Positions 30,888 through 41,273 are shown, numbered from the stretch's first letter. The stretch is 64,000 nucleotides of DNA from Acidobacteriota bacterium (GCA_965263035.1 OZ253580.1:3072001-3136000); one strand, 5' to 3'. Notes: generated by a model not told the origin, from the sequence alone. A program made the numbers and translations.

Positions 30888-32020
30888 TGTCGTATCCTCC
30901 TGAGTCCCTCCCGGATGGTGTCCGGACCCACCGCGTATGAAATTCTGAAGGCCCGGCGGCAAGACTCGCCGAAGCCGGTTCCGGGAATGCAACAGACTCG
31001 CGCCTCCTCCAGGAGACGCAGGCAAAACGTATCCGCATCCAGGTCCAGATCGAATCTGGGAAAGATGTAGAAGGCCCCTCCCGGGGTGTAGCTGGAGAGA
31101 TGCGGTATGTCTCGAAGCAGGTCCAGGGCCAGATTGCGCCGTTCCCGGTACTCGGAAACCATGGGGGGGATAAAGGTCTGGTCTCCGGTCAGCGCCTCGA
31201 TGCCGGCCCATTGGCCCGGCGTGTTGGCCACGGTGGTGGTAAAAGTGTGGAGCTTTTGCAGGAGCCGCCAATTGGAATGGCCCGTCACGACCCAGCCGAC
31301 TCGGATGCCGGTCATGGCGTAGGTCTTGGACAAGCTGTGGAACACGAAGAGACGGTCTCGGTCGGGCTCCAGCGCCAGCATGGAGGGGTAACTCCCCTCA
31401 TGGTCGTAGACCAGTTGTTCATAGACTTCGTCCGAGCCCAGCAACAGGCCATGTCTGCGCGCCACGGCGGCCAGCTCGCGGAGGACCTCCACCGGATAGG
31501 TCGACCCTGTGGGATTGCAAGGGGAGTTGACCAGGATCATTCTGGTCCGGGGTGTGACGGCGGCTTCGACTGCGCCGGGATCCGGAATGTATCCGTCTTC
31601 GACGCGGGTCACCACGGCAACGGGTTCCCCTCCGATCATCCGGATGAAGGGAGCATAAACCACGAAAGCCGGTTCCAGCAGGATGACCTCATCGCCTGGA
31701 CTGATGAAGGCTTGAAGTGTCAGGGTGATGGCCTCCACCGCGCCGTCAGTGACGAGGATTTCTTCGGGATGGACCTGAACGCCCTGGGTTCTCTCGTAGT
31801 AGCCGCCGATGGCTTCTCTGAATTCGGGGACGCCCGAGTCCAGGGCGTAGCGAGTCTTGCCCTCGTGAAGAGCCTTCACCATGGCCGCGATGACCGGAGC
31901 GGGAGTGGAAAAATCCGGTTGTCCGATGGAGAGATGGACCACGTCTTCCTTTCCCGCAGCCTCGTTGAACATCATGCGGATACTGGAAGGTGGAAGATCG
32001 ACGACACTTCTTCTTGGCAT
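30869..32020 (-). CDS. class I/II PLP-dependent aminotransferase
   Basis: IGQPDF, NSPCNPTG, SDEVY, SLSKTYAMTGIRVG. Confidence 0.93.
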   Translation of the reverse strand: MPRRSVVDLPPSSIRMMFNEAAGKEDVVHLSIGQPDFSTPAPVIAAMVKALHEGKTRYALDSGVPEFREAIGGYYERTQGVQVHPEEILVTDGAVEAITLTLQAFISPGDEVILLEPAFVVYAPFIRMIGGEPVAVVTRVEDGYIPDPGAVEAAVTPRTRMILVNSPCNPTGSTYPVEVLRELAAVARRHGLLLGSDEVYEQLVYDHEGSYPSMLALEPDRDRLFVFHSLSKTYAMTGIRVGWVVTGHSNWRLLQKLHTFTTTVANTPGQWAGIEALTGDQTFIPPMVSEYRERRNLALDLLRDIPHLSSYTPGGAFYIFPRFDLDLDADTFCLRLLEEARVCCIPGTGFGESCRRAFRISYAVGPDTIREGLRRIRQWLTRF

Positions 32021-32071
32021 GGGACCGGTCGCTTAAACTAGACTGGAGCGGGTTTCCAGCAACGAAATCTT

Positions 32072-33955
32072 ATGTTCCGAGCCACCGGATATCAAGTGCG
32101 GCCAAGGCCGAAACGGCGGGGCCGGGACTTTCTCGCCCGGTGGTTGGTTCTGGGTCTTCTGTCGTCCAACGTCTCCGCCGCCGGTCAGGATCAGGAGCTC
32201 AATGCGGCCCTGATCGGGGCCGCCGTGGAGGGCCGCACCGATCAGGTCGCGGCGTTGTTGGACCGGGGCGCCAGCGTGTTGGTCCGGGACCCGGATGGAT
32301 TGAACCCCCTCATGTACGCCGCCATGGGCGGGAATGAACAGACCGTCCGCCTGCTCCTGTCCCGGGGGTCGGAACTGGAAGCCAGGACCCGGGACGGCGC
32401 CACCGCCCTGATGATCGGTTCCGGCTCCGGTCACGTACCTGCCGTTCGCGCCTTGCTGGAGGCGGGAGCGGACATTCGCTCCACCGACGCCAATGGACAT
32501 AAGCCGTTGGTCTGGGGAGTTCTGGGAGGGAGCGTGGGGGTGGTCCGGACACTGTTGGCGGCGGGAGCCGGACCCGACGCCCGTGACAAGGCGGGTTGGA
32601 CCGTCCTGATGCGGGCTTCATCCCAGGGAGACCTGCCTGTGGTCGAGGCTCTACTCGAAGGAGGAGCCAAAGTCGGGACTCGGAGCCGCGACAACTGGAC
32701 GGCTCTCGCCCTGGTGCTGTTCGAGGGCCACGAGCGAACGGCTTCCCTGCTGGTCCGCCACGGGGCCAACGTCGATGAGGTGGACGTCAACGGAATACCG
32801 CTCCTGATGCATGCGGCGTCGGGGGGGAAGACCGAAGTGGCTCGATTCCTGCTGGCCCACGGCGCCGCCACCGGCTTTCGGGACGAGGAGGGCAACGGAC
32901 CACTGGCGGCGGCGGCGTACAATGGCTTTGCACCCATCGTCGAGGCTCTGATCCGGGCGGGCGCCGCCGTGGACAGCCTCGACAGCCAGGGCCGGACCCC
33001 GTTGATGCAGGCGGCTTCCCAGGGAAAGACGGACGTGATCACGGCGCTTCTGGCGGCGGGGGCGGACCCCCGGTTGAAATCCAAACGGGGCCAGACGGCT
33101 CTGGACCTGGCCGTCTGGTACGACCACACAAAGGTCATCGAAGCGCTCCTCCCGGCCGGGGAAGGGGTCGATGCTCCCGACGCGGCGGGTCGAACGCTCC
33201 TGGTTCATGCCGCCTTGGAAGGGAACGAGGCGACGGTCAAGGTCCTGTTGGCGAGAGGGGCCGATCCGGACCGGCCGGACCAGGAGGGGAGGACGCCGCT
33301 CATCTACGCCGCGCTCCATGGTCACGCCGAAGTGGCCCGATGGCTCATCGACGCTGGCGCCCGGCTCGACTCCCGGAGCAACGAGGGTTGGACGGCCCTG
33401 GGACTGGCGCTGAGTCAGGACCACGTTCCCATCATCGACGCTCTCCTGGCGGCGGGAGTGGATGTGAATTCGGTGACCCGCCAGGGCCAGTCATTCCTGG
33501 GTATGGCCGCCTACCGGGGGCGAATCGAGTCGGTGCGGAAACTGTTGCAACGCGGCGCTCGCGTCGGAACCCGAGGCGCGGGCGGCCAGACGGCTCTCGC
33601 CTTCGCGGCGTATCAGGGATTTCCGGAGATCGTCCGGCTGCTGCTGGACCGGGGGGCGGACCCGGATGTCCGGGACGACTCCGGTCGGACGCCCCTGATG
33701 CAGGCCGCCTGGAACGGTCATGCTGAAGTGGCGAAACTGATGCTGGATCGGAAGGCTCAAATCGATGCCCAGGACGGTCAGGGTGTCACTGCCTTGGGCC
33801 TTGCCGCGTCCCGAGGACAGACGGACCTGGCCCGGCTGTTGTTGAGCCGCGGCGCAGATGCCGGCATCCGGAACCACCAGGGGCGGACTCCCCTCATGTT
33901 GGCTCAGGCGGAAGGCCGAAAAGTCACGGCCAGATTGCTCCAGGAGCAGGAGTAG
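32072..33955 (+). CDS. secreted ankyrin repeat protein (~17 repeats)
   Basis: Repeated G.TPLM.AA..G...VV..LL..GA units after a signal-like N-terminus. Confidence 0.93.
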   Translation: MFRATGYQVRPRPKRRGRDFLARWLVLGLLSSNVSAAGQDQELNAALIGAAVEGRTDQVAALLDRGASVLVRDPDGLNPLMYAAMGGNEQTVRLLLSRGSELEARTRDGATALMIGSGSGHVPAVRALLEAGADIRSTDANGHKPLVWGVLGGSVGVVRTLLAAGAGPDARDKAGWTVLMRASSQGDLPVVEALLEGGAKVGTRSRDNWTALALVLFEGHERTASLLVRHGANVDEVDVNGIPLLMHAASGGKTEVARFLLAHGAATGFRDEEGNGPLAAAAYNGFAPIVEALIRAGAAVDSLDSQGRTPLMQAASQGKTDVITALLAAGADPRLKSKRGQTALDLAVWYDHTKVIEALLPAGEGVDAPDAAGRTLLVHAALEGNEATVKVLLARGADPDRPDQEGRTPLIYAALHGHAEVARWLIDAGARLDSRSNEGWTALGLALSQDHVPIIDALLAAGVDVNSVTRQGQSFLGMAAYRGRIESVRKLLQRGARVGTRGAGGQTALAFAAYQGFPEIVRLLLDRGADPDVRDDSGRTPLMQAAWNGHAEVAKLMLDRKAQIDAQDGQGVTALGLAASRGQTDLARLLLSRGADAGIRNHQGRTPLMLAQAEGRKVTARLLQEQE

Positions 33956-34010
33956 GAGCCGTCTGGGCTGTTTCAGTTGAAACCGGCGGATGCGGATCGA
34001 CTGACCTGAG

Positions 34011-34055
34011 CTAGGAGTCTGCGCGGTAGCTCATTTCTGCGGCGCAGCCTCCTAG
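34011..34055. mobile_element. minimal (ends-only) MITE copy
   Basis: CTAGGAGTCTGCGCGGTAG...ATTTCTGCGGCGCAGCCTCCTAG matches both ends of 56869-57035. Confidence 0.85.
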
Positions 34056-35560
34056 TTCGTCCCCGACCGGGAAGAAGCTTTTTCCATCAGGTACTCGAGA
34101 ACCAGGGTGAGATCCCGGGGAGCGACGTTCATCCCCTTCTCGAACATGTACTCTTCCATTTTCCGGGTCACGCCCGGCCAATCCTCACGGCCGTAGGCAT
34201 CGGGGTGAGGCTGGGGATGGCAACCGGTACAGGCCCTCTCCACCGCCTTCGCTCCGGGAGAACCGTCTTGTACGGCGGCTGGCGCGGGACGGTGTTTCAG
34301 GGAAAGGGACGGGACGGCAAACGCGGAGTCGTCATTGGAGATCGTGTCCCGATAGTGGATCAGCGCCAGAGTCAACAGGTAGGTGTTGGCGCCGTCCATG
34401 GTGCCCAGCTTGATCCCGGCGGCCGGCGGCCGGTCCAGGCCCCATAGACTGAGGGCTCGGGGCAACGGCCAGGAACCGGATTCGCTCTGGGACGCGACGT
34501 ACCCGTTCACGGCGGCGTCCAATTGAGGCGATCTCCTGCCGGCGGTCATGAGAGCCCGCACCATGAGGCTGCGGAAGCCCGGAAACTCCATCAGGGCGAA
34601 ATGCGACTTCCATTCACCGTCGATGGTCGCCTCCATAATCTGAAGACACCGCTGGTAGGCCAGGTCGGGTTCCAGGTCGAAGTCGTGGGTCAGGAAGACA
34701 TACCAGGCCAGTCCCACGTAGTCGGCGGCGATCAGGCGGGGACCCAGGGCCAGAACCCGGTTCGCCAGTCCCCGGCGGAGATCGGTCAGGCGAGCGTCCG
34801 TGGACGGGAACCCGGCTTGCAAGAGGGCATAGAGGAGCTTGGCGGTGTTCTCCAGGTCGGGAACCGGACTACCGTGCTCCCAGCCGTGCTTTCCGGTGAG
34901 CGAGCTCCGGGCGTTGCCCAGGGTCTGGATGATGTTGCCCGATTGCATGATGGTGAAGATCCGGTCGGAGACCGGCAGGGAGCTGGGAGGCAGATAGGGA
35001 AGGGAGAGCGGCGACCTGAGCGCCCAGTCGTATCCCTTCCGGACCAGGGACGAGCGGCCCAGATTGGCCAGTGCGATCATTCCCTTGGCATGGAGGCAGC
35101 CCTCGTGGGACCAGAGCCAGTTCCCGGTCCGGCGATCGAATTCCTCCACGAACCAGGTCTTGACCTTCCGGAAGAGCCCGCTCTCCGGGTCGACGCCGAA
35201 GTCCTGGTAGTACATGAGGAAATGGGTCAGCAGGTAGAGCTGATAGGCCACGTAGGCCTTGGGTCCGTAGCGTTTGACGGCGCCTTCGGCGTTCTTGTAA
35301 TCGACGTAGCCGCCATTGGAGACGGCCGCGTAGGAGGGCTCGACGAAATCCCGAATGAAGGATCGGGTGCCCCGGGTGATGGCTCGATCCAGATCCTCCC
35401 GGGACGGCCGTCCCGGCACCGGCGGCGACGGGGTCTCGCCCTTCGCGGGGAGTGTGCCGGCGCCCTTGATCGGGGCTGCGGCAAGGTTTGCCAACGTCAG
35501 CAGCAGCAGAATCAATGCCGCCATCGGACTCGCAAGTACGGGTTTGGAAAGGACCTGCAT
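34052..35560 (-). CDS. secreted alpha/alpha-toroid-like protein with C-terminal cytochrome c
   Basis: Signal peptide, QW-like SQSESGSW, CTGCH heme motif with downstream Met residues. Confidence 0.65.
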   Translation of the reverse strand: MQVLSKPVLASPMAALILLLLTLANLAAAPIKGAGTLPAKGETPSPPVPGRPSREDLDRAITRGTRSFIRDFVEPSYAAVSNGGYVDYKNAEGAVKRYGPKAYVAYQLYLLTHFLMYYQDFGVDPESGLFRKVKTWFVEEFDRRTGNWLWSHEGCLHAKGMIALANLGRSSLVRKGYDWALRSPLSLPYLPPSSLPVSDRIFTIMQSGNIIQTLGNARSSLTGKHGWEHGSPVPDLENTAKLLYALLQAGFPSTDARLTDLRRGLANRVLALGPRLIAADYVGLAWYVFLTHDFDLEPDLAYQRCLQIMEATIDGEWKSHFALMEFPGFRSLMVRALMTAGRRSPQLDAAVNGYVASQSESGSWPLPRALSLWGLDRPPAAGIKLGTMDGANTYLLTLALIHYRDTISNDDSAFAVPSLSLKHRPAPAAVQDGSPGAKAVERACTGCHPQPHPDAYGREDWPGVTRKMEEYMFEKGMNVAPRDLTLVLEYLMEKASSRSGTN

Positions 35561-35653
35561 ATTGCGGAGTTCCCGAGGGCAGTCTAGCATAGCAGCCCGT
35601 AACCGCCCGTGGCGGAAGTCCCTGGCGGCGCAATCAGCGGAAAGGTTTCAGGA

Positions 35654-37261
35654 ATGAAAGATACGACGCCGGAGAACACGTCTCCTGACTCGGGAAGCCG
35701 TGGTTTTCAGGCACCCCATCCCGGTTCCAAGGAGATGCCGCGGTGGCAGACCGGTCGGCTGGTGAAGGCGCCCGTCTTCACGACTCGCAACTGGTTCGGG
35801 TTGCTGGGCCCCGGCCTGCTCCTGGGAGGGGGCGCCATCGGCGGAGGCGAATGGCTGATGGGACCCGCCGTCACGGCCAAGTACGGCGGCGCTCTCATGT
35901 GGCTCGCCACCCTGAGCATCATGAGTCAGGTTCTCTACAACATTGAGATCAGCCGCTACACACTCTACACGGGAGAACCGATCTTCACCGGCAAGTTCCG
36001 TACGTTGCCTGGACCCAGGTTCTGGCTCATCGCCTACATCTTCCTGGATTTCGGCGCCGTCTTTCCCTATCTGGCGGCCAATGCGGCCACGCCTCTGGCC
36101 GCGGTGCTGCTGGGAGGAGTCCTGCCGGACCCCCTCAACAACGATGCCCACTGGTGGCTCCTGAAGATCCTGGGCTACGTGATTTTTCTGGCGGCCCTGA
36201 TTCCGCTGCTGATCGGCGGCAAGATCTACAACTCGCTCCGGGCGATGATGACCTTCAAGATCGTGGTCGTCCTGGGGTTTCTCTCGATCCTGGGAATCTT
36301 CCACTCCAGTCTCTCCACCTGGGTCGAGATCTTCAGCGGCTTCCTCAAGTTCGGGTCGGTTCCCGTCGGTGGAACCGAGACCGAGAACATCTTCGTCTCC
36401 CTGCTGGACAAGGGCACACTGCCCGAGATCGATTTCAGCACCATCTCCCTCCTGGCGGCATTCGCCGCCATCGCCGGCAGCGGGGGGCTCTCCAATGCTC
36501 CCATCAGCAACTACACGAGGGATCAGGGTTGGGGAATGGGGCGTCATGTCGGAGCCATCCCCAGCGTCATCGGGGGGCACAACCTGAGCCTGTCCCACGT
36601 GGGGATGGTCTTCGAGGTGACGCGTAGCTCCCTGGGCAGATTCCGCCGCTGGTACCGGCATGTGGCCCGTGACCAGTTGGCCGTCTGGATGCCGGCCTGC
36701 TTCCTGGGCCTGGCCCTGCCCAGCATGCTATCGGTGCAATTCCTGCCCCGGGGTACGGAAGCCAGCAGTTGGGTCGCAGCCGGCATGACGGCGTCCGGGG
36801 TACGGGATCACGTGGGGGCGGCCTGGGGCCTGGATGCCGGCGTGCTCTTCTGGTACCTCACCATGTTCTGCGGTTTTCTGGTTCTGGCTCCGACCATGGC
36901 GACGTCGGCGGACGGAGTGATCCGCCGCTGGGTGGACGTGTTCTGGACCTCCAGCGCCCGCCTGCGGAAGCTGGAGCCCGGCCGGATCCGGATCGTCTAT
37001 TTCAAGGTGCTGGCCGGCTATGCCGTGTTCGGTCTCATCATGCTCTCTTTGGCGCCGCCGCTGGAACTCTTGAAGTTCGCCACCAACATCTTCAATTACG
37101 CTTTGGGCGTGAGCTGCTTCCACACGCTGGCCGTCAACGTCATCCTGTTGCCCCCGGAACTTCGCCCCGGCTGGCCCATGCGAATCGGAATGTTCCTGGC
37201 CGGATCCTTCTTCACGCTGTTGGCCATCATCACGACCCTGAGTCTGGTCGGAATGCTTTGA
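35654..37261 (+). CDS. Nramp-like / APC-fold transporter
   Basis: GPGLLLGGGAIGGGEW, RYTLYTGE, about 11 TM. Confidence 0.8.
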   Translation: MKDTTPENTSPDSGSRGFQAPHPGSKEMPRWQTGRLVKAPVFTTRNWFGLLGPGLLLGGGAIGGGEWLMGPAVTAKYGGALMWLATLSIMSQVLYNIEISRYTLYTGEPIFTGKFRTLPGPRFWLIAYIFLDFGAVFPYLAANAATPLAAVLLGGVLPDPLNNDAHWWLLKILGYVIFLAALIPLLIGGKIYNSLRAMMTFKIVVVLGFLSILGIFHSSLSTWVEIFSGFLKFGSVPVGGTETENIFVSLLDKGTLPEIDFSTISLLAAFAAIAGSGGLSNAPISNYTRDQGWGMGRHVGAIPSVIGGHNLSLSHVGMVFEVTRSSLGRFRRWYRHVARDQLAVWMPACFLGLALPSMLSVQFLPRGTEASSWVAAGMTASGVRDHVGAAWGLDAGVLFWYLTMFCGFLVLAPTMATSADGVIRRWVDVFWTSSARLRKLEPGRIRIVYFKVLAGYAVFGLIMLSLAPPLELLKFATNIFNYALGVSCFHTLAVNVILLPPELRPGWPMRIGMFLAGSFFTLLAIITTLSLVGML

Positions 37262-37297
37262 AGAGGGTTCGCCGCGCGCCGGCGTCTGTCCGCGGCT

Positions 37298-37993
37298 TCA
37301 GAATCCGAACTTCTTCAACAGGCGGGCGGTTTCTTGCGGCTTCTCCAGAGGAGGCAGGTCGGGCCGGCGCATGATCTCGTGCGCCTCCTTCTCGAAGACG
37401 AGCATCTGTCCCGCCTTCTCAGGCAGGATCCGGAGGCAGCTCGCGGGGAGCTTGATGACCCCTTCGTTGTTGGCGTGGATGACGTCGCCCGGGGTCACCT
37501 GGATGCCGCCGACCTGAACCGGCTCGTTCACCCCCGAGACCGTCAGCGCGCAGTGGTGGATGGTGAGGCCTCGCGCATAGGCTGCGAAGGGAATGCTCAT
37601 CAGTCCGGGAATGTCTCTGACCCCGCCATTGGTCACGAGCGTGCTGCAACCGGCGGTGTGCAGCGCTTTGGCCATGCCGTCGCCGAACACGCACTCGTGC
37701 TCGGGCCTGGAGCCGACCGCCTCGCATACCCACACCACGGGCTCTTCCATCTTGTCGATCCGGTCCACCATCTCCCAGAACCCGCTCAGGTCCGATTGCC
37801 TTCCGGGCGTGCTGCTGTCCAGCTTGCAGGTCACGGCCACTCCGACGCTGGGGCCCAGCGAAGGGGTGACCGATTGGATGGCGCCCGACATGTAGAACTC
37901 TTCGGGCGGAGTCGGATCGATGTAGCCGATGGTGTTGGCGAGCAATGCCGTGTCGTATTCGATCAGACGGTTCAAAGTCTGAATCAGGGACAT
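37298..37993 (-). CDS. RraA / HMG-aldolase family protein
   Basis: FGDGMA, TNGGVRD, V.VGG..V.PGDVIHA...GV. Confidence 0.88.
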   Translation of the reverse strand: MSLIQTLNRLIEYDTALLANTIGYIDPTPPEEFYMSGAIQSVTPSLGPSVGVAVTCKLDSSTPGRQSDLSGFWEMVDRIDKMEEPVVWVCEAVGSRPEHECVFGDGMAKALHTAGCSTLVTNGGVRDIPGLMSIPFAAYARGLTIHHCALTVSGVNEPVQVGGIQVTPGDVIHANNEGVIKLPASCLRILPEKAGQMLVFEKEAHEIMRRPDLPPLEKPQETARLLKKFGF

Positions 37994-38129
37994 GTTCTCC
38001 TCCGTCGAAATCTTCGCTGGTCGTCGTCCGATCCAGTGTAGAATCAGACGGTAATGGTCGAAATGGTCCGATAGCCTATCATGGTCTCTTCAGGTGGTAG
38101 TACGCGGATATGAAGCACGCGAGGCGTCG

Positions 38130-39125
38130 ATGAGCGGAGGTCGAGTGAAGACTGAACGAACCGGACGCCGGGAATTCCTTGCCGGCCTGGGAACCGGTCT
38201 TCTGGCGGTTTCCGGGAAGCCGATCCGAGGCGAACCTTTCGCTCACCGCCGGAGTGCCGCCGTTCCCGAGTGGACGTATTCCATCTTCTCCAAGCATCTG
38301 CAATGGTTGGACTACCCGGAATTGGGCGTGGCCGTGTCCAAGTTGGGCTTTGACGGAGTCGACCTCACCGTCCGTCCTTCAGGGCATGTTCTGCCCGAGA
38401 AGGTGAGAACTGATCTTCCCCGGGCGGTGTCGGCCGTCGGGGAATCGGGTGTCCGCGTTCCCACTATAACGACGGCCATAACCCACCCGGAGGATGCCGG
38501 GACCCGGGAGATCCTGGAGACCGCCAGCGGCCTGGGGATCCCCTGCTATCGGCTGGGGTACTACCGCTACCCGGAAGACGGGGACATTTCGGAGACGCTG
38601 GCGGAGATCAGGAGAAATCTCGCCGGCTTGGCCGATCTGAATCGAAGGTTCGAGATCTGCGGCGACTATCAGAACCACGCCGGCGCTTCCCATTTTGGAG
38701 CGGCGTTGTGGGACCTGCGTCAAGCGTTGGAGGGACTCCCCCGGCGCTGGCTCGGTTGCCAGTTCGACATCCGCCACGCCACCGTGGAAGGGGGGCTTGC
38801 CTGGCCCACCAACTTCAGGGCCTTGGCCGACCGGGTCCACACCGTGGTGGTGAAAGACTTCAGGTGGAAGGAAACACTCGGCGGGTGGCAGGTGGAAAAT
38901 TGTCCCTTGGGCGAGGGCATGGTTCCCATCGGTCCCTTTCTGGCCCGCTTGCTGAAATCGGGTTTCGCAGGTCCAATCAGCCTTCACTGCGAGTACTCCC
39001 TCGGCGGCGCGGAGCGTGGCACCCGCCGACTCACCATGGACCGGGATCGGGTTCTGGAGTCCATCGGGAAGGATCTGGCCACCCTGAAGCGGCTGGTGCG
39101 AGAGGCCGTGGCTTCTGTGGGCTGA
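38130..39125 (+). CDS. Tat-exported sugar phosphate isomerase/epimerase
   Basis: GRREFL, FSKHLQ, GFDGVDLTVR, QNHAG, FDIRH, LGEGMV. Confidence 0.88.
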   Translation: MSGGRVKTERTGRREFLAGLGTGLLAVSGKPIRGEPFAHRRSAAVPEWTYSIFSKHLQWLDYPELGVAVSKLGFDGVDLTVRPSGHVLPEKVRTDLPRAVSAVGESGVRVPTITTAITHPEDAGTREILETASGLGIPCYRLGYYRYPEDGDISETLAEIRRNLAGLADLNRRFEICGDYQNHAGASHFGAALWDLRQALEGLPRRWLGCQFDIRHATVEGGLAWPTNFRALADRVHTVVVKDFRWKETLGGWQVENCPLGEGMVPIGPFLARLLKSGFAGPISLHCEYSLGGAERGTRRLTMDRDRVLESIGKDLATLKRLVREAVASVG

Positions 39126-39276
39126 TGCCTGACGGCAAGAACCCCCGTAGCCGCTTCTCGTTCGCTTGCCTCCCTTTCGCTAAATGGAACTCGCCTCCAG
39201 AGGCCGTCGTGAAATATTCCGAAGTCCGAAAATCCCATTTTCCCTTGAGAAGTAAAAGAAAGCGGAACCATCCAAG

Positions 39277-40266
39277 ATGAACATCGAGATCCGAGAGATC
39301 CAGAGAAGAATCGACGCCGAGAGTGTCCTGGTGGAGCGAATCCTCGAGGAGGTTTCCAAGGTGATCGTGGGCCAGGAATATATGGTCCGGCGCCTGCTCA
39401 TCGGGCTTCTCGCCAACGGCCACGTGCTGCTGGAAGGGGTGCCCGGTCTGGCCAAGACCCTGACGGTCAAGACCCTCTCCCAGACCATCGACACCGGGTT
39501 TCAACGGGTTCAGTTCACGCCCGACCTGCTCCCCGCGGATCTGATCGGAACGCTGGTCTACGATCAGAGCGACGGCACCTTCAAGACCAAGAAGGGACCC
39601 ATCTTCTCCAACCTGATTCTGGCTGACGAGATCAATCGCTCACCGGCCAAGGTCCAGTCGGCTCTGCTGGAGGCCATGCAGGAGCGGACCGTGACCATCG
39701 GTGAGACCACTTATCCCCTGGATGACCCGTTCCTGGTCTTGGCGACCCAGAATCCCATCGAGCAGGAGGGAACGTACCCCCTTCCGGAGGCACAGGTCGA
39801 CCGCTTCATGTTGAAGCTGTCGGTGGGGTATCCGTCGCGAATGGAAGAGTTGGAGATCATGCGCCGCATGTCCGGAAGCGTCGTTCCCGAGGCCGGCCCG
39901 GTCGTGTCTCCAGAGGAGATCCGCCGCGCCCGGGACGCGGTGCAGGAAATCTACATGGACGCCAAGATTCAACGGTATATCGTCGACATCGTCTTCGCGA
40001 CGCGAACTCCCGGCGATTGCGGAATGGACGAGCTGGTCGACCTCGTCAGTTTCGGAGCTTCTCCCAGAGCCTCCATCTTTCTGGCTCGGGCGGCCCGGGC
40101 CCACGCCTTCCTGGACCATCGCGCCTATGTGACTCCGGAAGACGTTCGGGCCATCGGCATGGACGTCCTCAGGCACCGGGTCATTCTGACCTACGAGGCG
40201 GAAGCCGAAGAGGTGACTGCCGAGGACGTGGTCCGAAAGGTCCTGAACAAGGTGGAAGTGCCGTAG
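39277..40266 (+). CDS. moxR: MoxR family AAA+ ATPase
   Basis: GVPGLAKT, QFTPDLLPAD, DEINR, ATQNPIEQEGTYPLPEAQ. Confidence 0.96.
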   Translation: MNIEIREIQRRIDAESVLVERILEEVSKVIVGQEYMVRRLLIGLLANGHVLLEGVPGLAKTLTVKTLSQTIDTGFQRVQFTPDLLPADLIGTLVYDQSDGTFKTKKGPIFSNLILADEINRSPAKVQSALLEAMQERTVTIGETTYPLDDPFLVLATQNPIEQEGTYPLPEAQVDRFMLKLSVGYPSRMEELEIMRRMSGSVVPEAGPVVSPEEIRRARDAVQEIYMDAKIQRYIVDIVFATRTPGDCGMDELVDLVSFGASPRASIFLARAARAHAFLDHRAYVTPEDVRAIGMDVLRHRVILTYEAEAEEVTAEDVVRKVLNKVEVP

Positions 40267-40268
40267 GG

Positions 40269-40306
40269 CGAGGAAAAAGAAAAGAGTAAAGAGGAAAGAG
40301 CAGAAG
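40269..40306. repeat. heptamer array (GGAAAGA-like)
   Basis: GGAAAAA GAAAAGA GTAAAGA GGAAAGA GCAGAAG. Confidence 0.55.
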
Positions 40307-40391
40307 ATGAGAAAAGCTGCCGCTCGCTTTGGACTTGTGGGCCGCGAATACCTCGCCGGGGGCGGCGTCGGACTTTGGATTCTCCATTGAG

Positions 40392-41273
40392 ATGATTCCA
40401 CGCGAGATCCTCCGCAAGGTGCGCCGTCTCGAGATCGCCACTCGAGGTCTGGTCAACAACGTCTTCTCCGGTGAATACCATTCGGTGTTCAAGGGGCGTG
40501 GCATGAGCTTTGCCGAAGTCCGCGAGTACCAGATCGGGGATGACGTCCGGACCATCGACTGGAACGTCACGGCCCGGATGGATCGTCCCTACGTCAAGCT
40601 GTTCGACGAGGAGAGGGACCTGACGGTGATGCTCCTGGTGGACGCCAGCCTCTCGGGAGAGTTCGGGTCCGGGGAGCGCATGAAGGGAGAGGTCGCGGTC
40701 GAGATCTGCGCTCTGCTGGCGTTTTCCGCCATCAAGAACAACGACAAGGTGGGTCTGATCATCTTCACCGACCGGATCGAGAAATTCGTGCCCCCCCGCA
40801 AGGGCCGCTCCCATGTGCTCCGGGTCCTGCGGGAGCTGTTGTATTTCCAGCCCCGGCATCGGGCCACCGACATCGGTCTGGCCCTCGAGTACCTGATGCG
40901 GGTCATCCGCAGAAGAAGCATCGTGTTCCTGGTTTCGGACTTCCTCGCGGACGGTTTCCAGCGCGGGCTCCGGGTTGCCAACCGGAGGCATGACGTGGTG
41001 GCCATCCGGGTCCGGGACCCCAGGGAACGGGAACTTCCGCGAGTGGGTTTCGTCGAGTTCGAGGATGCCGAGACGGGAGAGCAACTGATCCTCAACACCA
41101 ATGACTCCGAGGTTCGAGAGGCTTTCAAGGCCCAGGTTCTCCGGGAGGACGAGGAGCTCAGGAGCTTTCTCAACTCCATCAGCGTCGACAGCATCGAGGT
41201 GGATTCCGACCGGAGCTATCTGGAGTTGTTGATCCGGTTTTTCCGGACCCGGACCCGGCGACTGCGACGATGA
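40392..41273 (+). CDS. DUF58 domain protein
   Basis: FKGRGMSFAEVREYQ.GDD.R.IDWNV, EER, LVSDF. Confidence 0.93.
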   Translation: MIPREILRKVRRLEIATRGLVNNVFSGEYHSVFKGRGMSFAEVREYQIGDDVRTIDWNVTARMDRPYVKLFDEERDLTVMLLVDASLSGEFGSGERMKGEVAVEICALLAFSAIKNNDKVGLIIFTDRIEKFVPPRKGRSHVLRVLRELLYFQPRHRATDIGLALEYLMRVIRRRSIVFLVSDFLADGFQRGLRVANRRHDVVAIRVRDPRERELPRVGFVEFEDAETGEQLILNTNDSEVREAFKAQVLREDEELRSFLNSISVDSIEVDSDRSYLELLIRFFRTRTRRLRR

